From an uncultured Gemmatimonadaceae bacterium (lineage in GTDB: Bacteria > Gemmatimonadota > Gemmatimonadetes > Gemmatimonadales > Gemmatimonadaceae): a DNA stretch of 64,000 nt. Made by a program: the position numbers and the translations under genes. The notes under the pieces were generated by a model. It did not search any database. It was not told where the DNA came from and was given only the letters and a program-made list of their open reading frames with translations. Location of the stretch: assembly GCA_963740355.1 (NCBI GenBank), contig CAVUDW010000002.1, positions 640,001-704,000 on the forward strand, given 5' to 3'. Positions 1 through 12,034 of this stretch are shown here, in pieces; the stretch's first letter is position 1; every line of letters begins with the position of its first letter.

Positions 1-991
1 ACTGCTCCAGCACCGGATTCTGGGTCTGCTGTACGCCCGGCGAGAGCACCGTCTGCTCGGACGGCTTGGTGATCGCGTCCACACGGAAGCGCTCGAGTGC
101 CTGACGGGCGATCTTGAGGCGATTCTGCGCATCAGCGAGCGCCTGCTTGGCCGCATTCGCGTTCTGCGTGGCGCCGCCGTTCTTGTAGATGCCGATGTAG
201 TTCACGAACAGCGTCATCCATTCATTCAACGCTGCTTCCGTTCGTGCGGCATCCTCGCCCCGCAACGAGACGTTCATGACGTCGGTGTTTGGCGGCGCGT
301 CGGCGCGCAACTTCTTCTGCAGGTTGTTCGAGGCTTCACGCGGCGTGATCAGCTCGAACTCGACCGTGGCCTTGGCCGGCAGAATTTCCTTCAGGGGCCG
401 CCACCGCATGCCGGACTCGCGCCCGATGGAGTCCCCGATGGACCCCGTTTCCACTTCACGAGAGTCACCGTGGAGCGTGCGGCGCAGCTTGTACTTCTCT
501 TTCTTGCTGTCGATCGTGAGCTCATAGGTACCCGGCACGAACTTCTCGCCGAGCGTGAACTCGCGGAAATACACCGAATCAGCGTCGCGCTTCGGGTCGA
601 GATAGAGCCGGAGCTTGCGCGCGACTGAGTCGATGATGGAGTACGCCTTGAAGACCTGGACGTACGACTCGTTGGATCGCTGCCGGGAATTGCCGATGAT
701 TTCGGCACTTGGATCACGGAGCGTGACCTTCCCCTGCACATCGTACTCGGGCTTGATGTAGCGCGTTGCGATGTAGCCCCCGAGGAGGCCGAGCAGAACC
801 ATCGCAAAGACGAGCCACTTGAATCGGCCGATGGCCGAGAGATATCGCTGATAGGCCGGGGCGGTCGCAGCCGGGGGCGGCGGCGGACCCCACTGTTCGA
901 GCGGCTGCTGCGGGATGGCCGGCAGCGACTGCGAGGCAGAAATCGGGGCCAGTCGTGAGCCGGATGGAAGCGCGTTGAACGGTCGTGTCAT
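1..991 (-). CDS. Wzc/GumC-like polysaccharide co-polymerase (5' part; runs off window)
   Basis: Not in the ORF track. Hand translation from ATG 991 gives MTRPFNALP...YQRYLSAIGRFKWLVFAMVLLGLLGGYIATRYIKPEYDVQG..., an N-terminal TM helix followed by the PxY motif of Wzz/Wzc proteins, in a polysaccharide locus. Confidence 0.7.
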   Translation of the reverse strand, partial: MTRPFNALPSGSRLAPISASQSLPAIPQQPLEQWGPPPPPAATAPAYQRYLSAIGRFKWLVFAMVLLGLLGGYIATRYIKPEYDVQGKVTLRDPSAEIIGNSRQRSNESYVQVFKAYSIIDSVARKLRLYLDPKRDADSVYFREFTLGEKFVPGTYELTIDSKKEKYKLRRTLHGDSREVETGSIGDSIGRESGMRWRPLKEILPAKATVEFELITPREASNNLQKKLRADAPPNTDVMNVSLRGEDAARTEAALNEWMTLFVNYIGIYKNGGATQNANAAKQALADAQNRLKIARQALERFRVDAITKPSEQTVLSPGVQQTQNPVLEQ

Positions 992-1105
992 GTCGCAGTG
1001 GGACGCACAGATGTGTTGCGGCGTCACTATACCCGGGGACTCCGGAAGGAACGCTTGGAACTACAACCCCGTCTCGGTGAAGGGGTTGCAGGACGCCGGT
1101 CAGAG

Positions 1106-1121
1106 TGCAAGAGCCGGCCCA
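1106..1121 (-). promoter_or_regulatory. sigma-54 (-24/-12) promoter for the wzc-like gene
   Basis: Minus strand TGGGCCGGCTCTTGCA: GG-N10-GC with TTGCA at -12, about 115 bp upstream of the ATG and next to a sigma-54 activator gene. Confidence 0.65.
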
Positions 1122-1178
1122 CTCAAGCGAACGGAGCCGTGACAAATCAACGAGCGAATCGTCGAACCGCAGTATAAG

Positions 1179-1262
1179 TGCGACACCTTGTCGCAGGAAA
1201 TATACGATTGTCCCGAAACAACTGTGGCTTGTAACCAACGTGTTGCTTGACACATGCAACAC
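1179..1262. promoter_or_regulatory. Candidate enhancer/operator palindromes
   Basis: TGCGACA-cct-TGTCGCA (1179-1195) and GTGTTGC-N9-GCAACAC (1240-1262). The second encloses TTGACA (1247-1252), a probable -35 for the regulator, with TAGTTA at 1271-1276. Confidence 0.5.
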
Positions 1263-1354
1263 TTCCTCGCTAGTTACGACGCCTCCGTCCATCCCAGGGC
1301 TCAGCTTGGGCAGGATACGGCTGACGTGCGCCTGAGTCGGACCACACAGGAAAG

Positions 1355-2902
1355 ATGAACTCGCCAGACCACACTTCCGCCGATCCGTCGGCCGTTCGCG
1401 ATGCCATGGCGGTGGCTCCCGAGGCTCGGGCGACGCTGCGTTTGCTGATAGTGGACGACGATCGAACCCTCCGCGAGGGATGCGCGAGCATCCTGCAGGG
1501 CGACGGATATAACGTCACGGTCACTGGTCGTGCCGACGAAGCGATGGAGCTGGTGAAGCGCCGCCGGTTCGACATCGTTCTCTGCGACCTGTACCTGACG
1601 CCGGTCTCGGGGATGGACATCCTCAAGGCAACCCTCGACGCCCACAAGGAGACGATCTTCGTGGTGATGACGGGCAATCCGTCGGTAACCTCGAGCATCG
1701 AAGCGCTCCGAGCCGGCGCGTGGGATTACCTGCCGAAGCCGTTCTCCGCCAGCCACCTCCAGATTCTGGTTGGACGCGCGTCGCACGCGGTCCTCGTGGC
1801 GCGAGAAACGCTGGCCGCGCGCACCGAGGGGGCCAACGCCAACCTCGGCGTTGGCGCGAGCTTTCAGAATGCGCACACCGGCGACAAGATCACGCTGCTT
1901 GGTCAGTCGCCTGCCTTCCGCAAGGCACTCGACCTCTCGCTGAAAGTCGCCGGCACGGATGCGTCGGTCCTGATCAGTGGTGAGAGCGGCACGGGCAAGG
2001 AGTTGATCGCGCAGTTCATTCACAGCCATAGCCGCCGCGCGGGGCGCAAGCTGGTGGCAGTGAACTGTGCGGCGTTGCCGGAGCAGCTGCTGGAAAGCGA
2101 GATGTTCGGGCACAAGAAGGGCGCGTTCACCGGTGCCGATCGCGACAAGGCCGGCCTGCTGGAAGTCGCGAATGGCGGCACGCTCTTTCTCGACGAGCTG
2201 ACCGAGATGTCGATGCCGCTGCAGGCGAAGCTGCTGCGCGTGCTGCAGGATGGTGTCGTGCGTCGCGTCGGCAGCGAACAGCAGGATGCCGTGGTGGACG
2301 TGCGCTTCATCAGCGCGATGAATCGGGATCCGCAGGAGGCCGTGGCCCAGGGCCGGTTGCGCGAGGATCTCTACTATCGGCTGCGCGTGGTGCCGATCAA
2401 GCTGCCGCCGTTGCGGCAGCGTCCCGAGGATATCTCGGTGCTGGCCGCGCACTTCCTGCACCACTTCTGGGAACGGCACCGCCAACCCGGTGAGCCGTCG
2501 CCGACTTTCAGCGAAGACGCGCAGGATTTTCTGCGCAGTCGGCCGTGGCGTGGCAACGTGCGCGAACTGCAGAACATGATCGAGCACACCGCCGTCGTTG
2601 CGGACCCGGGCAAGGCACTGCTTGGCAGTGACTTCCCTGTGTACGACGATGTCCCCGATGGGCCGGGCGGGTCGACCAGCGCGACCACGTTCGCGGGCAG
2701 CTACATGAACGACGCCTATCACGTGGCGAAGGACAAACTCGTCGCGCAGTTCGAGAAGGAATACCTGACGCGCCTGGTGTCGCGCGCTGGCGGCAACATG
2801 TCGCGTGCGGCGCGTCTCGCCGGCATCGATCGCACGACGCTGTATCGCCTGATGGAGAAGCACGAGCTGCGTCGTGATGAGTACTCCGGATCGCTGGCGT
2901 GA
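1355..2902 (+). CDS. NtrC-family sigma-54-dependent response regulator (REC-AAA+-HTH)
   Basis: Receiver (LIVDDD, CDLYL, KPF), Walker A GESGTGKE, GAFTGA, Walker B LFLDE, WRGNVRELQN, Fis-type HTH. Confidence 0.95.
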   Translation: MNSPDHTSADPSAVRDAMAVAPEARATLRLLIVDDDRTLREGCASILQGDGYNVTVTGRADEAMELVKRRRFDIVLCDLYLTPVSGMDILKATLDAHKETIFVVMTGNPSVTSSIEALRAGAWDYLPKPFSASHLQILVGRASHAVLVARETLAARTEGANANLGVGASFQNAHTGDKITLLGQSPAFRKALDLSLKVAGTDASVLISGESGTGKELIAQFIHSHSRRAGRKLVAVNCAALPEQLLESEMFGHKKGAFTGADRDKAGLLEVANGGTLFLDELTEMSMPLQAKLLRVLQDGVVRRVGSEQQDAVVDVRFISAMNRDPQEAVAQGRLREDLYYRLRVVPIKLPPLRQRPEDISVLAAHFLHHFWERHRQPGEPSPTFSEDAQDFLRSRPWRGNVRELQNMIEHTAVVADPGKALLGSDFPVYDDVPDGPGGSTSATTFAGSYMNDAYHVAKDKLVAQFEKEYLTRLVSRAGGNMSRAARLAGIDRTTLYRLMEKHELRRDEYSGSLA

Positions 2903-4024
2903 GCACCCCATCGCCGCGCCGCCCCACGACGCTTCGCATCGAGAAGCATCAGCCCTCGGCCAGCGCAGTCGACGCAGGAGCCATCTGGCGCAATGCACTC
3001 TCGTTGGCTGCCGACGCGGCTGCGTCTGAGCTGTCGGAGGCACGGGATGGCGGATGGCCCGTGGCGGAACTTCGTGCGGGCGCATCGTTGCTGTGCGCGG
3101 CTGCCGAGCAGGTCTTGCACGGTTCTGCCGTCGCATTCGAGAATCGGGCTCCCGCCGGCGCTGCCGAGCAAGCGGCTGATCTCCGGAATGCGACGTGCCG
3201 TCCTGTCGCAGTCAGGCGCCGGAGTACTCAGCGATGGCGACACCGTCGCCGTCCTGCGGGCAATCGAAGCTGTCGGCCTCGAGCTCGAAGACGATGCGGC
3301 GCATCGTTTTTCGTCGCGCCTGGGCGGGATGGGAGGATTGGAACTGATCGTGGATGTCGCGCACGACATGCGCTCGCCGCTTGGCTCGATTCTGTTCCTC
3401 TCCGAGCAGATCCGTCGAGGGCAGAGCGGAGCCGTCACGCCGGTGCAGGAGCGTCAGCTCGGGCTGATCTATGGTGCCGCGCTTGGCCTCAGTACTCTCG
3501 CGAGCGACGTGATGGACCTCGCGCGCGGCGGCGAAAAATTGGTGCAGCAAACTCCGCTGCCAATGTCGATTCAGCGGGTGTTTCAGGCCGTGCACGAGAT
3601 CGTGCTGCCGATGGCCGAGGAGCGCGGGCTGTCGTTGCGCTTCTGGACGCAGGTCACGGATGTTCGGGTCGGTCACTCGCAGGCGGTGCAGCGCGTGCTG
3701 CTCAATCTCGTGACGAACGCGGTCAAGTTCACCAATACGGGCGAGGTGGCGGTGAAGGCGACTGCCGTCTCGTCGACGCGCGTGCGATTCGAGGTGCGCG
3801 ATACGGGCCGCGGCATCCCGGAGGCCGTGCTCGGCACGCTATTCGACGCGTTCCGTCGCCGGCTCAAGCCGGGAGAGTACGTGTTTTCGAGTGCTGGACT
3901 GGGCCTGTCGATCTGCCAGAATCTGGTGCGGGCGATGGACAGCGAATTGCTCGTCGAGAGCGTGATCGATCGGGGGAGCACTTTCCAGTTCGAGCTCGAG
4001 ATGCCGCGGCAACCGGCGATCTGA
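2899..4024 (+). CDS. Cytoplasmic histidine kinase (HisKA + HATPase), apparent +1 frameshift near 3148
   Basis: GTGA overlap with the regulator. The 2899 frame joins the 2993 frame at CGGG (about 3147-3149). H-box VAHDMRSPL, N-box NLVTNAVKFT, DTGRGI, GLGLSI. Confidence 0.85.
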
Positions 4025-4071
4025 GCTGTCCTGCCGTCAGGCAGCTGTGCGGAGATGAAGGGTCGCTGGGC

Positions 4072-4926
4072 TCAGCACTTTCTGAATACATACTCCACGC
4101 AGCCGACCGATCCATACTGCGTATTGAGGTTGGTCAGCACGAACCCTTCCTTCTGGATCGGCAGAATGATGCCCTCTGGCTTGGCGGCTTCGAACGGATA
4201 GCCTCCAAGCCAGTCGTGCCAGTCGTGCCACACCGACATCCCTCTGTTCTTTCCGTACGTGGCGATGCTGTGCCATGGTGCTCGCCCGCGAACCACGTCG
4301 GACAGAGCGCTTCGGAATGTCCACCAAGGCACGAATACGGAGGACACTACAAGCTTCCCGACAGGTCCCGAACAGTAGAATCGCTTGATGCGATGCCAGC
4401 GCTTCGACCAAACGCCTTGGTCATTGTAGATCGCAATGAAAAGCAAGCCACCATCGCGAACCATTGGAAGCACATTGCCAATCGCTTGCCACATCTGACC
4501 TGTGTGATGCAGTACACCCCAAGAGTATACGATATCGAAGCTTCCGAGAGATTTTAGGAACTCTGCGTCCAGCGCTGACCCGTGCATGATCGTCCAGCCC
4601 ACAGAACCCTGCGCGAAGCGGTCGCGCATCTCAAGCGTACACCCGACTGACGACGGGTCGTAGTCGAAGGATGTAACGTCAGCGCCAAGCCGATGGGCGG
4701 CCAGACTCGAGAGACCGCTTCCCGAGCCGACATCAAGGAATCTTACTCCCTTAAGTGTGTCCACGCCTAGCATCGATCGTAGCGCGAGGACCGACTCGGT
4801 TATACGTGCCTCATTCACCGTGCGTAGGAAGGCGCGCCAATTCTCACCGAAAGTGAATCGCTCGCCGGAGCGGACTTCAGCTGTGTGCTGTGATGCGGCA
4901 CTGCGATCGATCAAGTCGGGTTGCAT
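4072..4926 (-). CDS. Class I SAM-dependent methyltransferase
   Basis: Motif I FLDVGSGSG and FDIVYSWGVLHHTG. Confidence 0.9.
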   Translation of the reverse strand: MQPDLIDRSAASQHTAEVRSGERFTFGENWRAFLRTVNEARITESVLALRSMLGVDTLKGVRFLDVGSGSGLSSLAAHRLGADVTSFDYDPSSVGCTLEMRDRFAQGSVGWTIMHGSALDAEFLKSLGSFDIVYSWGVLHHTGQMWQAIGNVLPMVRDGGLLFIAIYNDQGVWSKRWHRIKRFYCSGPVGKLVVSSVFVPWWTFRSALSDVVRGRAPWHSIATYGKNRGMSVWHDWHDWLGGYPFEAAKPEGIILPIQKEGFVLTNLNTQYGSVGCVEYVFRKC

Positions 4927-4959
4927 CGCGTTCGTCCTGTTGGGTTGGCCGTGCAGTTT

Positions 4960-6166
4960 TTAAGCTTGTGTCATGATACGGCGTTCGACTTCCGGTGACT
5001 TTCGTCGCGCCATCCAGCGATCCCTCCATGCGAGTCCGGGTTGCTCTATGAACACGAACGTTACTGCTGCCATTAGGGCCGAGCCGATGACTGTGAGGAT
5101 GAGGCCGAGTAGGAACCCGGCCGTCGATGTCGGGGGAAAGAGAGCGTCCACCACCCGCAGGATCGTGTCTGTGGGCTCACGCAATATCAGATGATTCAGA
5201 TACATGCCGAAGGACAACCGTGCGATGTAGTACCAAATCTTCCACCGAAGAACGGCGGTCAAGAGCGAACGGTCGGCAAGAGCGATACAGAGGCCGGCTC
5301 CGTAGACGCATCCTAGTGCCAAGTAAGCAAAGACTTCTCTGTTCAGTGTTCGCAACATGATGCCCGTCAACGCAATGGCGACAGCGGCTGCAATTGCGAA
5401 TCCGGCTGGCTTCCCAGGTGTTGCCGCCACCAGCCAAGTCGGGCGCCGAAGCACAACCCACGCGACTAGCAGCCCGATTAGCAAGGGCTCGCAGTGCAGA
5501 TGGAATGCGGAGTACATCGCGGTTGAGATCTGGTGGGGATCCAGATTACCGCGAGCACTCAATTGTGCAAAGGTGACTGCTCGGCTTGCTGACACGAAAG
5601 CGAGAAGAACGAGCACGCAGACCGGCCACAACCTCTGCTGAAAGTTTCGGCGAAACACTAGATAACAGCGTTGGCATGAGGAGGTAAAACTGTTCCTCAG
5701 TTGAGAGTGACCAACTTCGTCCGTATCGAGCCTGAAAATAGTTGCTAAGCATCGCCCAGTCCGGCCAGCTGGGCGCCTTGTCGGATCCAAGCGCGAGAAA
5801 AAGCAACATCATCGCATAGTAGAGCGGCCAGATGCGCAGCCCTCTTCGCAACACAAATGCACTGACGCGTATCGTACCCGTGCGATACAGCTCGCCCCAC
5901 AGCTGTTTGCCAATCAGGAAGCCGCTGAGCACAAAGAAGAGATCAACCCCAGTCCAGCCCCAGTAGAACATGGGGAGGCGCGCGATCGAAGGCTCGAAGT
6001 GGTGCGAAATCGTGACCCATTCATAAACCCAGTGATCGCAGATCACGAGAAGCACTGCGGCTGCGCGAAGCCCGTCGAGCGCAGGCAATTGAGCAGCCGG
6101 ACGGTTGAGTAAATCGTGAATCGCGCTCTTCGGCCAGGCTCGTGCCGGATGTGTCGTAACGGACAT
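4960..6166 (-). CDS. Acyltransferase-3 (OafA-like) membrane O-acyltransferase, frameshift near 5663
   Basis: LDGLRA, GVDLFFVLSGFLI, RRGLRIWPLYY and WSLSTEEQFY in ORF 5546-6166. It continues in ORF 4960-5790 (LSFGMYLNH, FVFIEQP). Confidence 0.85.
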
Positions 6167-6182
6167 CAGTCTTCAACCCTCA

Positions 6183-8141
6183 TCAGAATTTCTTCCCAGC
6201 ATGAGAAATAGACTCAGCGCGAAGAAATGCGATCAATGTCAAGAGGGACCACAGTCGCATGCTATTGTCGGCAATGCCCTTCGTGTGCTGGCACCAAAGC
6301 CGTCGTGCGCGGCTGACATCGAGAATCGCTGCCGAGGTAAGTGATGCAGATGACAACAGGTCTTCAGCCCATGGGCGAAGTGGTCCACGCAGCCACGCTG
6401 ACAGAGGTACAGCAAAGCCGCGCTTGGGCCGATCGATGAGCGCTCGTGGCACATACCGATCGAGAAGAATTCGGAGAGGTTGCTTGCCTACGCCCTCGAC
6501 GATCTTGTCAGTACTCGAGATACGCCACGCAAACTCGAAGACCCTATGGTCGAGCAGCGGCGCGCGCGTTTCGAGGCTGAAAGCCATTGCAGCACGATCG
6601 ACCTTCACAAGGATATCGTCCGGCATGTAGCTGAGCGAATCGAAGAGCATTCGCGATTCTGTCACACGCTTGTCTCCAAGCCACGGCCCAACAAGAGTGC
6701 CATCTCTTCCGCGCGCGCGCAGCTGCGGCAGAAGCAAGTCTGCTGGCGCGACTGTATGCGCCAACGTCGCAGCGTACAACGATTGGGCACCCGTGGACTC
6801 GAGGGACGCTCCAAGCCTGGTGAGCGCGTTCGCCGGACGGTGTCCAGATGCCGAATCGCTGCCCGTGATAAGCCTCGCAAGAAAGTCCGGCGGCGGGTCA
6901 GGAATACTGCGAAGCACGGTACCAACGGCTCGTCTCAGCACTGCAGGGCGTGCCCCGGAAAACCGATCTGCCTTGCCGGCGTCCCGATACCAGCTATACC
7001 CCCCAAACAGCTCGTCCCCCCCATCCCCCGACAACGCCACCGTCACATGCTGCCGCGTCATCCGTGACACCAGCAACGTCGGCAACTGCGAGCTATCCGC
7101 CATCGGCTCGTCGTAGATCTGCGGCAACCGTTCCACGAACTCCAAGGCATCCTCGCCCCGCACCATCAACTCCGTATGATCGGTGCCCAGATGCGCCGCT
7201 ACTTCCTTGGCGAATCCGGCTTCGTTGAAGCGTGGATCGTCGAAGCCAATCGTGAAGGTGCGAACCGGCCTCGACGCCTGGGCCTGCATCAGCGCCACGA
7301 TCAGCGATGAATCGATGCCGCCGGACAGGAATGCGCCGAGGGGGACGTCAGCCACCATCTCGTCGTGCACTACCGGGCGCAGCACGCCATCCAGCGCCGT
7401 GGCGATCTCCTCGCTGCTGCCTCTGATGGGGTCCGCGAGCCCGGCGCGGGCGGCGACTTCCGCCGACCAGTAGACGACTTCGCGGGGCGCCTGACCGGCC
7501 TTGATCCGCACCATCGTGCCAGGGCGGACTTTCCGGATGCCTTCATAGATCGAACCCGGCGCCTGGACGTACCCGTGACGCAGGAACTGGGTGACCGACG
7601 CGATGTCGACAGAGGCTTGCCAGCCGGGAAAGGCCCGAAGGGCTTTCAGCTCCGACCCGAAGAGCCAATTCCCTCGGACGTCACCATAAAACAGCGGCTT
7701 CTCGCCGAGCCGGTCGCGAATCAGCCAGAGCTCGCGTTCCTGGCGGTCCCAGACCGCGATCGCGAACATGCCGGCGAACCGGGGGATGCTCGCTTCGATG
7801 CCCCATCGGTCGAAAGCGGCCAGGAGCACTTCGGTGTCGCTGTGCCCTCGAAAGTGGTAACCCGCAAGGCCCAGCTCGGTGCGGATCGGCGCGAAATTGT
7901 ATACCTCGCCGTTGAAGACGATGACATATCGTGCGCTCGCCGCGTGCATTGGCTGGGCGCCGAGCGGGGAGAGATCGATGATCGACAGCCGACGATGGCC
8001 GAGGGCGATCCGGGCGTCGTGATCACACCAGGCGCCATCGGCGTCCGGACCTCGGTGCGCGATCGCGTCGGTCATGGCCTTCACGGCGGACTCAGGCGCG
8101 CCAGCCGACGGCGCACCCAGAAAACCAGCAATCCCACACAT
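6183..8141 (-). CDS. asnB: Asparagine synthase (glutamine-hydrolysing)-family amidotransferase
   Basis: Likely start MCGIAG at 8141 (Ntn Cys). HRGPD, LGHRRLSIID, FLSGGIDSS, LSGDGGDELFGGY, RPKRGF. Confidence 0.93.
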   Translation of the reverse strand: MCGIAGFLGAPSAGAPESAVKAMTDAIAHRGPDADGAWCDHDARIALGHRRLSIIDLSPLGAQPMHAASARYVIVFNGEVYNFAPIRTELGLAGYHFRGHSDTEVLLAAFDRWGIEASIPRFAGMFAIAVWDRQERELWLIRDRLGEKPLFYGDVRGNWLFGSELKALRAFPGWQASVDIASVTQFLRHGYVQAPGSIYEGIRKVRPGTMVRIKAGQAPREVVYWSAEVAARAGLADPIRGSSEEIATALDGVLRPVVHDEMVADVPLGAFLSGGIDSSLIVALMQAQASRPVRTFTIGFDDPRFNEAGFAKEVAAHLGTDHTELMVRGEDALEFVERLPQIYDEPMADSSQLPTLLVSRMTRQHVTVALSGDGGDELFGGYSWYRDAGKADRFSGARPAVLRRAVGTVLRSIPDPPPDFLARLITGSDSASGHRPANALTRLGASLESTGAQSLYAATLAHTVAPADLLLPQLRARGRDGTLVGPWLGDKRVTESRMLFDSLSYMPDDILVKVDRAAMAFSLETRAPLLDHRVFEFAWRISSTDKIVEGVGKQPLRILLDRYVPRALIDRPKRGFAVPLSAWLRGPLRPWAEDLLSSASLTSAAILDVSRARRLWCQHTKGIADNSMRLWSLLTLIAFLRAESISHAGKKF

Positions 8142-8224
8142 ATCGATCAGCGTCCGGAGAGATAGCGAAAGTGGCGGCGACGGGTGGGCGGTCCTCCGAC
8201 CGACCCGAACTGTTGCCACCGACT

Positions 8225-8240
8225 GGCGAGAGCCGTGCCA
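8225..8240 (-). promoter_or_regulatory. sigma-54 promoter for the asnB-acyltransferase-methyltransferase operon
   Basis: Minus strand TGGCACGGCTCTCGCC: perfect TGGCACG -24 box, GG-N10-GC, about 85 bp upstream of the asnB ATG. Confidence 0.65.
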
Positions 8241-8468
8241 CGCCAGTCGAGCGCGCAAGATGCCGACACCACCGGACCCCGACAACATCGCGGCCACACC
8301 ACCGTGGCTCGCGTGCTGCATGAGTATGTCGCGCTGCTATGTTCGACTAGAGGTTACGCCTCGGCCAGCGTGTCCGCCCAGTTTGGGCCGCAGGCCGTGG
8401 GCGCGGGGTACGAGTGCACGTGCCGGGATCTGCCCAGGCGCGCAACCCTCCAGTGTGGAGACCGCAGG

Positions 8469-9826
<1,358 letters not shown>

Positions 9827-9830
<4 letters not shown>

Positions 9831-10771
9831 CGATGGTGGGGGACGCCGCGACGCCACGCGTGGAGCTGCCGATTCGGCGTACGTCGGTGGCGAAGCACTC
9901 CGGTGGGTTGTCCGCCGCACTGGGCGACCTGACGCAGATGGTGCAGGAGTTGGCGCGCTCGCGTGAGCTGTTGTACCAGCTCACGCGACGCGACATCACG
10001 ATCCGCTATAAGCAGGCCGTGATGGGGTTCGGATGGGCGCTGTTCATGCCGCTGCTGATCGTGTTCAGCGGTCTGGTGGTGCAACTCGCCCTCGCCAACT
10101 TCTCGGGGCGCACGGTGTCGGGCACCGGCCTTGGCGGCATGGCGGTGAAGGCGGTGCCCTGGTCGTTTTTCGTTGGTGCGATCGGGTTCGCCACCAACAG
10201 TCTGGTGGCGAACATGAGCCTCGTCACCAAGGTCGCATTCCCGCGCGCCGTACTGCCGCTCTCCTCCGTGGGGGCGCAGTGCTTCGACTCGGCCATTGCG
10301 ATGGCATCGCTGGTGATCCTGTTGCCGCTGCTCGGCGCAGTCCAGCTGTCATGGGCGCTGTTGTGGGTTCCGGTCCTGCTGTTGCTGCTGGTCGGGTTCA
10401 CCGGGGCCTGCGCGCTCTTCCTCAGCTGCGCCAACCTGTTCTATCGCGATGTGAAGTACATCGTGCAGGTGTTGCTGACGTTCGGGATCTTCTTCACCCC
10501 CGTGTTCTTCGAGCCGGCGATGTTCGGAGCTCGTGGCGCAACGATTGCGATGGTGAATCCAATGTCACCGTTGCTCGAAGGGCTGCGGTTGAGTGTGACG
10601 ATGGGTCACAACCTGCTGGAGCCGCTCTCCACCACCCTGGCGAGCGGTGCCGTGGTAGCGGTGTGGTCGCCATGGTATCTGGCCTATGCCATCGCCGTGA
10701 CGGCGATCGGCCTCCCGGCAGCAGCGCTTCTCTTCTATCGCTCACAGTATGCCTTTGCCGAGTACGTCTGA
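9827..10771 (+). CDS. wzm: ABC-2 polysaccharide export permease (Wzm)
   Basis: RYKQAVMGFGW, YRDVKYI, TPVFF, NPMSPLLEGLR; multi-TM. Confidence 0.9.
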
Positions 10772-10776
10772 GTGCC

Positions 10777-12027
10777 ATGGCAACTGAACCTGGAATCGTG
10801 TTCGACGGCGTCTGGAAGAAATTCCAGCGCGGTGAACGGCACGACAGCCTCCGCGACCTGATCCCTGCCACGATGCGGCGCCTCGGGCGTCGCGCCGTGC
10901 AGGCGGATGAGTTGGACGCGGGTGATTTCTGGGTGGTGCGCGACATGTCGTTCACCGTGCGACCCGGTGAATGCCTCGGCATCATCGGTGGCAACGGGGC
11001 GGGCAAGAGCACGACGCTGAAGTTGCTCACCGGCATCCTGCGACCGACGCGGGGCTCGATCGAGGTGGTTGGACGCGTAGGCTCCCTGATCGAGGTCTCG
11101 GCGGGATTTCACCCCGACCTGTCTGGGCGCGAGAACGTGTTCCTCCAGGGCGCGATCATGGGCATGAGTCACGCCACTATTCGGCGCCGCTTCGACGAAA
11201 TCGTCGCCTTTGCGGGCGTTGGCGAGTTCATCGACATGGCAGTGAAGCGCTACTCGAGCGGCATGAACGCCAGGCTGGGCTTCGCGATTGCCGCGCATCT
11301 CGATCCCGATGTGCTGATCATCGACGAAGTGCTGGCCGTGGGTGACATCGGCTTCCAGCAACGTGCCTTCGGCCGGTTGATGGAGCTGACGCGCAGTGGG
11401 ATGCCAGTGGTGATCGTCTCGCATCAGTTGGATCGTGTGCTGCAGATGTGCACGACTGCCTTGCTGCTGAAGAGCGGGGAAGTGATGCGTGTGGGTGAGC
11501 CGCGTGATGTGATTGCCGAGTACTTCGTGGGAAGTACGGCGTCCACCGATGGTGCCGAGCTGACGCCGGATGCGCCATACGAGATCCTCGAGGCGACGAT
11601 TGCGTCACCTGCTGTCGGCTCCGGCGAATTTCTCGATGTGACGATCACCTGTCGTCGCTTGCCGGATCGTCCGCTGCAGGGCGACGAGAGTGTAGGCGTG
11701 GCGTTGGTGTCCTTGGCCGGCGCGACCAATGTGGCAGCATTCGGGTCGCGCAATGTGCCGATCGCATTGCCGGCGCATGGTACGTTCCGGCTGTTGTTGC
11801 GGGTGCAGGCGAATGTCGCGCCAGGGCCATACAGCATCGACACCTGGGTCTGGTCCACACATGATGCGACGTATCGCGGGCCACGCCTGTCGCTGGATGT
11901 CACCCCGACCACGATCTTCGACGGCACTGTGCAGCTGAACCCGACAATGTCGTTGATCCCCGTGGGAAATGAGGCCGGACATGTCGTCCCTGGTTTCATA
12001 GACGACCTGACCCAGAAAGCGAGCTGA
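10777..12027 (+). CDS. wzt: Polysaccharide ABC exporter ATPase with C-terminal extension (Wzt)
   Basis: [30 protein letters not shown], plus about 160 aa of C-terminal domain. Confidence 0.92.
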   Translation: MATEPGIVFDGVWKKFQRGERHDSLRDLIPATMRRLGRRAVQADELDAGDFWVVRDMSFTVRPGECLGIIGGNGAGKSTTLKLLTGILRPTRGSIEVVGRVGSLIEVSAGFHPDLSGRENVFLQGAIMGMSHATIRRRFDEIVAFAGVGEFIDMAVKRYSSGMNARLGFAIAAHLDPDVLIIDEVLAVGDIGFQQRAFGRLMELTRSGMPVVIVSHQLDRVLQMCTTALLLKSGEVMRVGEPRDVIAEYFVGSTASTDGAELTPDAPYEILEATIASPAVGSGEFLDVTITCRRLPDRPLQGDESVGVALVSLAGATNVAAFGSRNVPIALPAHGTFRLLLRVQANVAPGPYSIDTWVWSTHDATYRGPRLSLDVTPTTIFDGTVQLNPTMSLIPVGNEAGHVVPGFIDDLTQKAS

Positions 12028-12034
12028 TTACCTC

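Noticed and set aside
1301..3136. Long antisense ORFs (also 8337-9920, 27552-29105, 36313-38253, 60243-61640)
   Set aside because: They mirror well-supported genes on the other strand, as expected from high-GC codon bias, and show no motifs.
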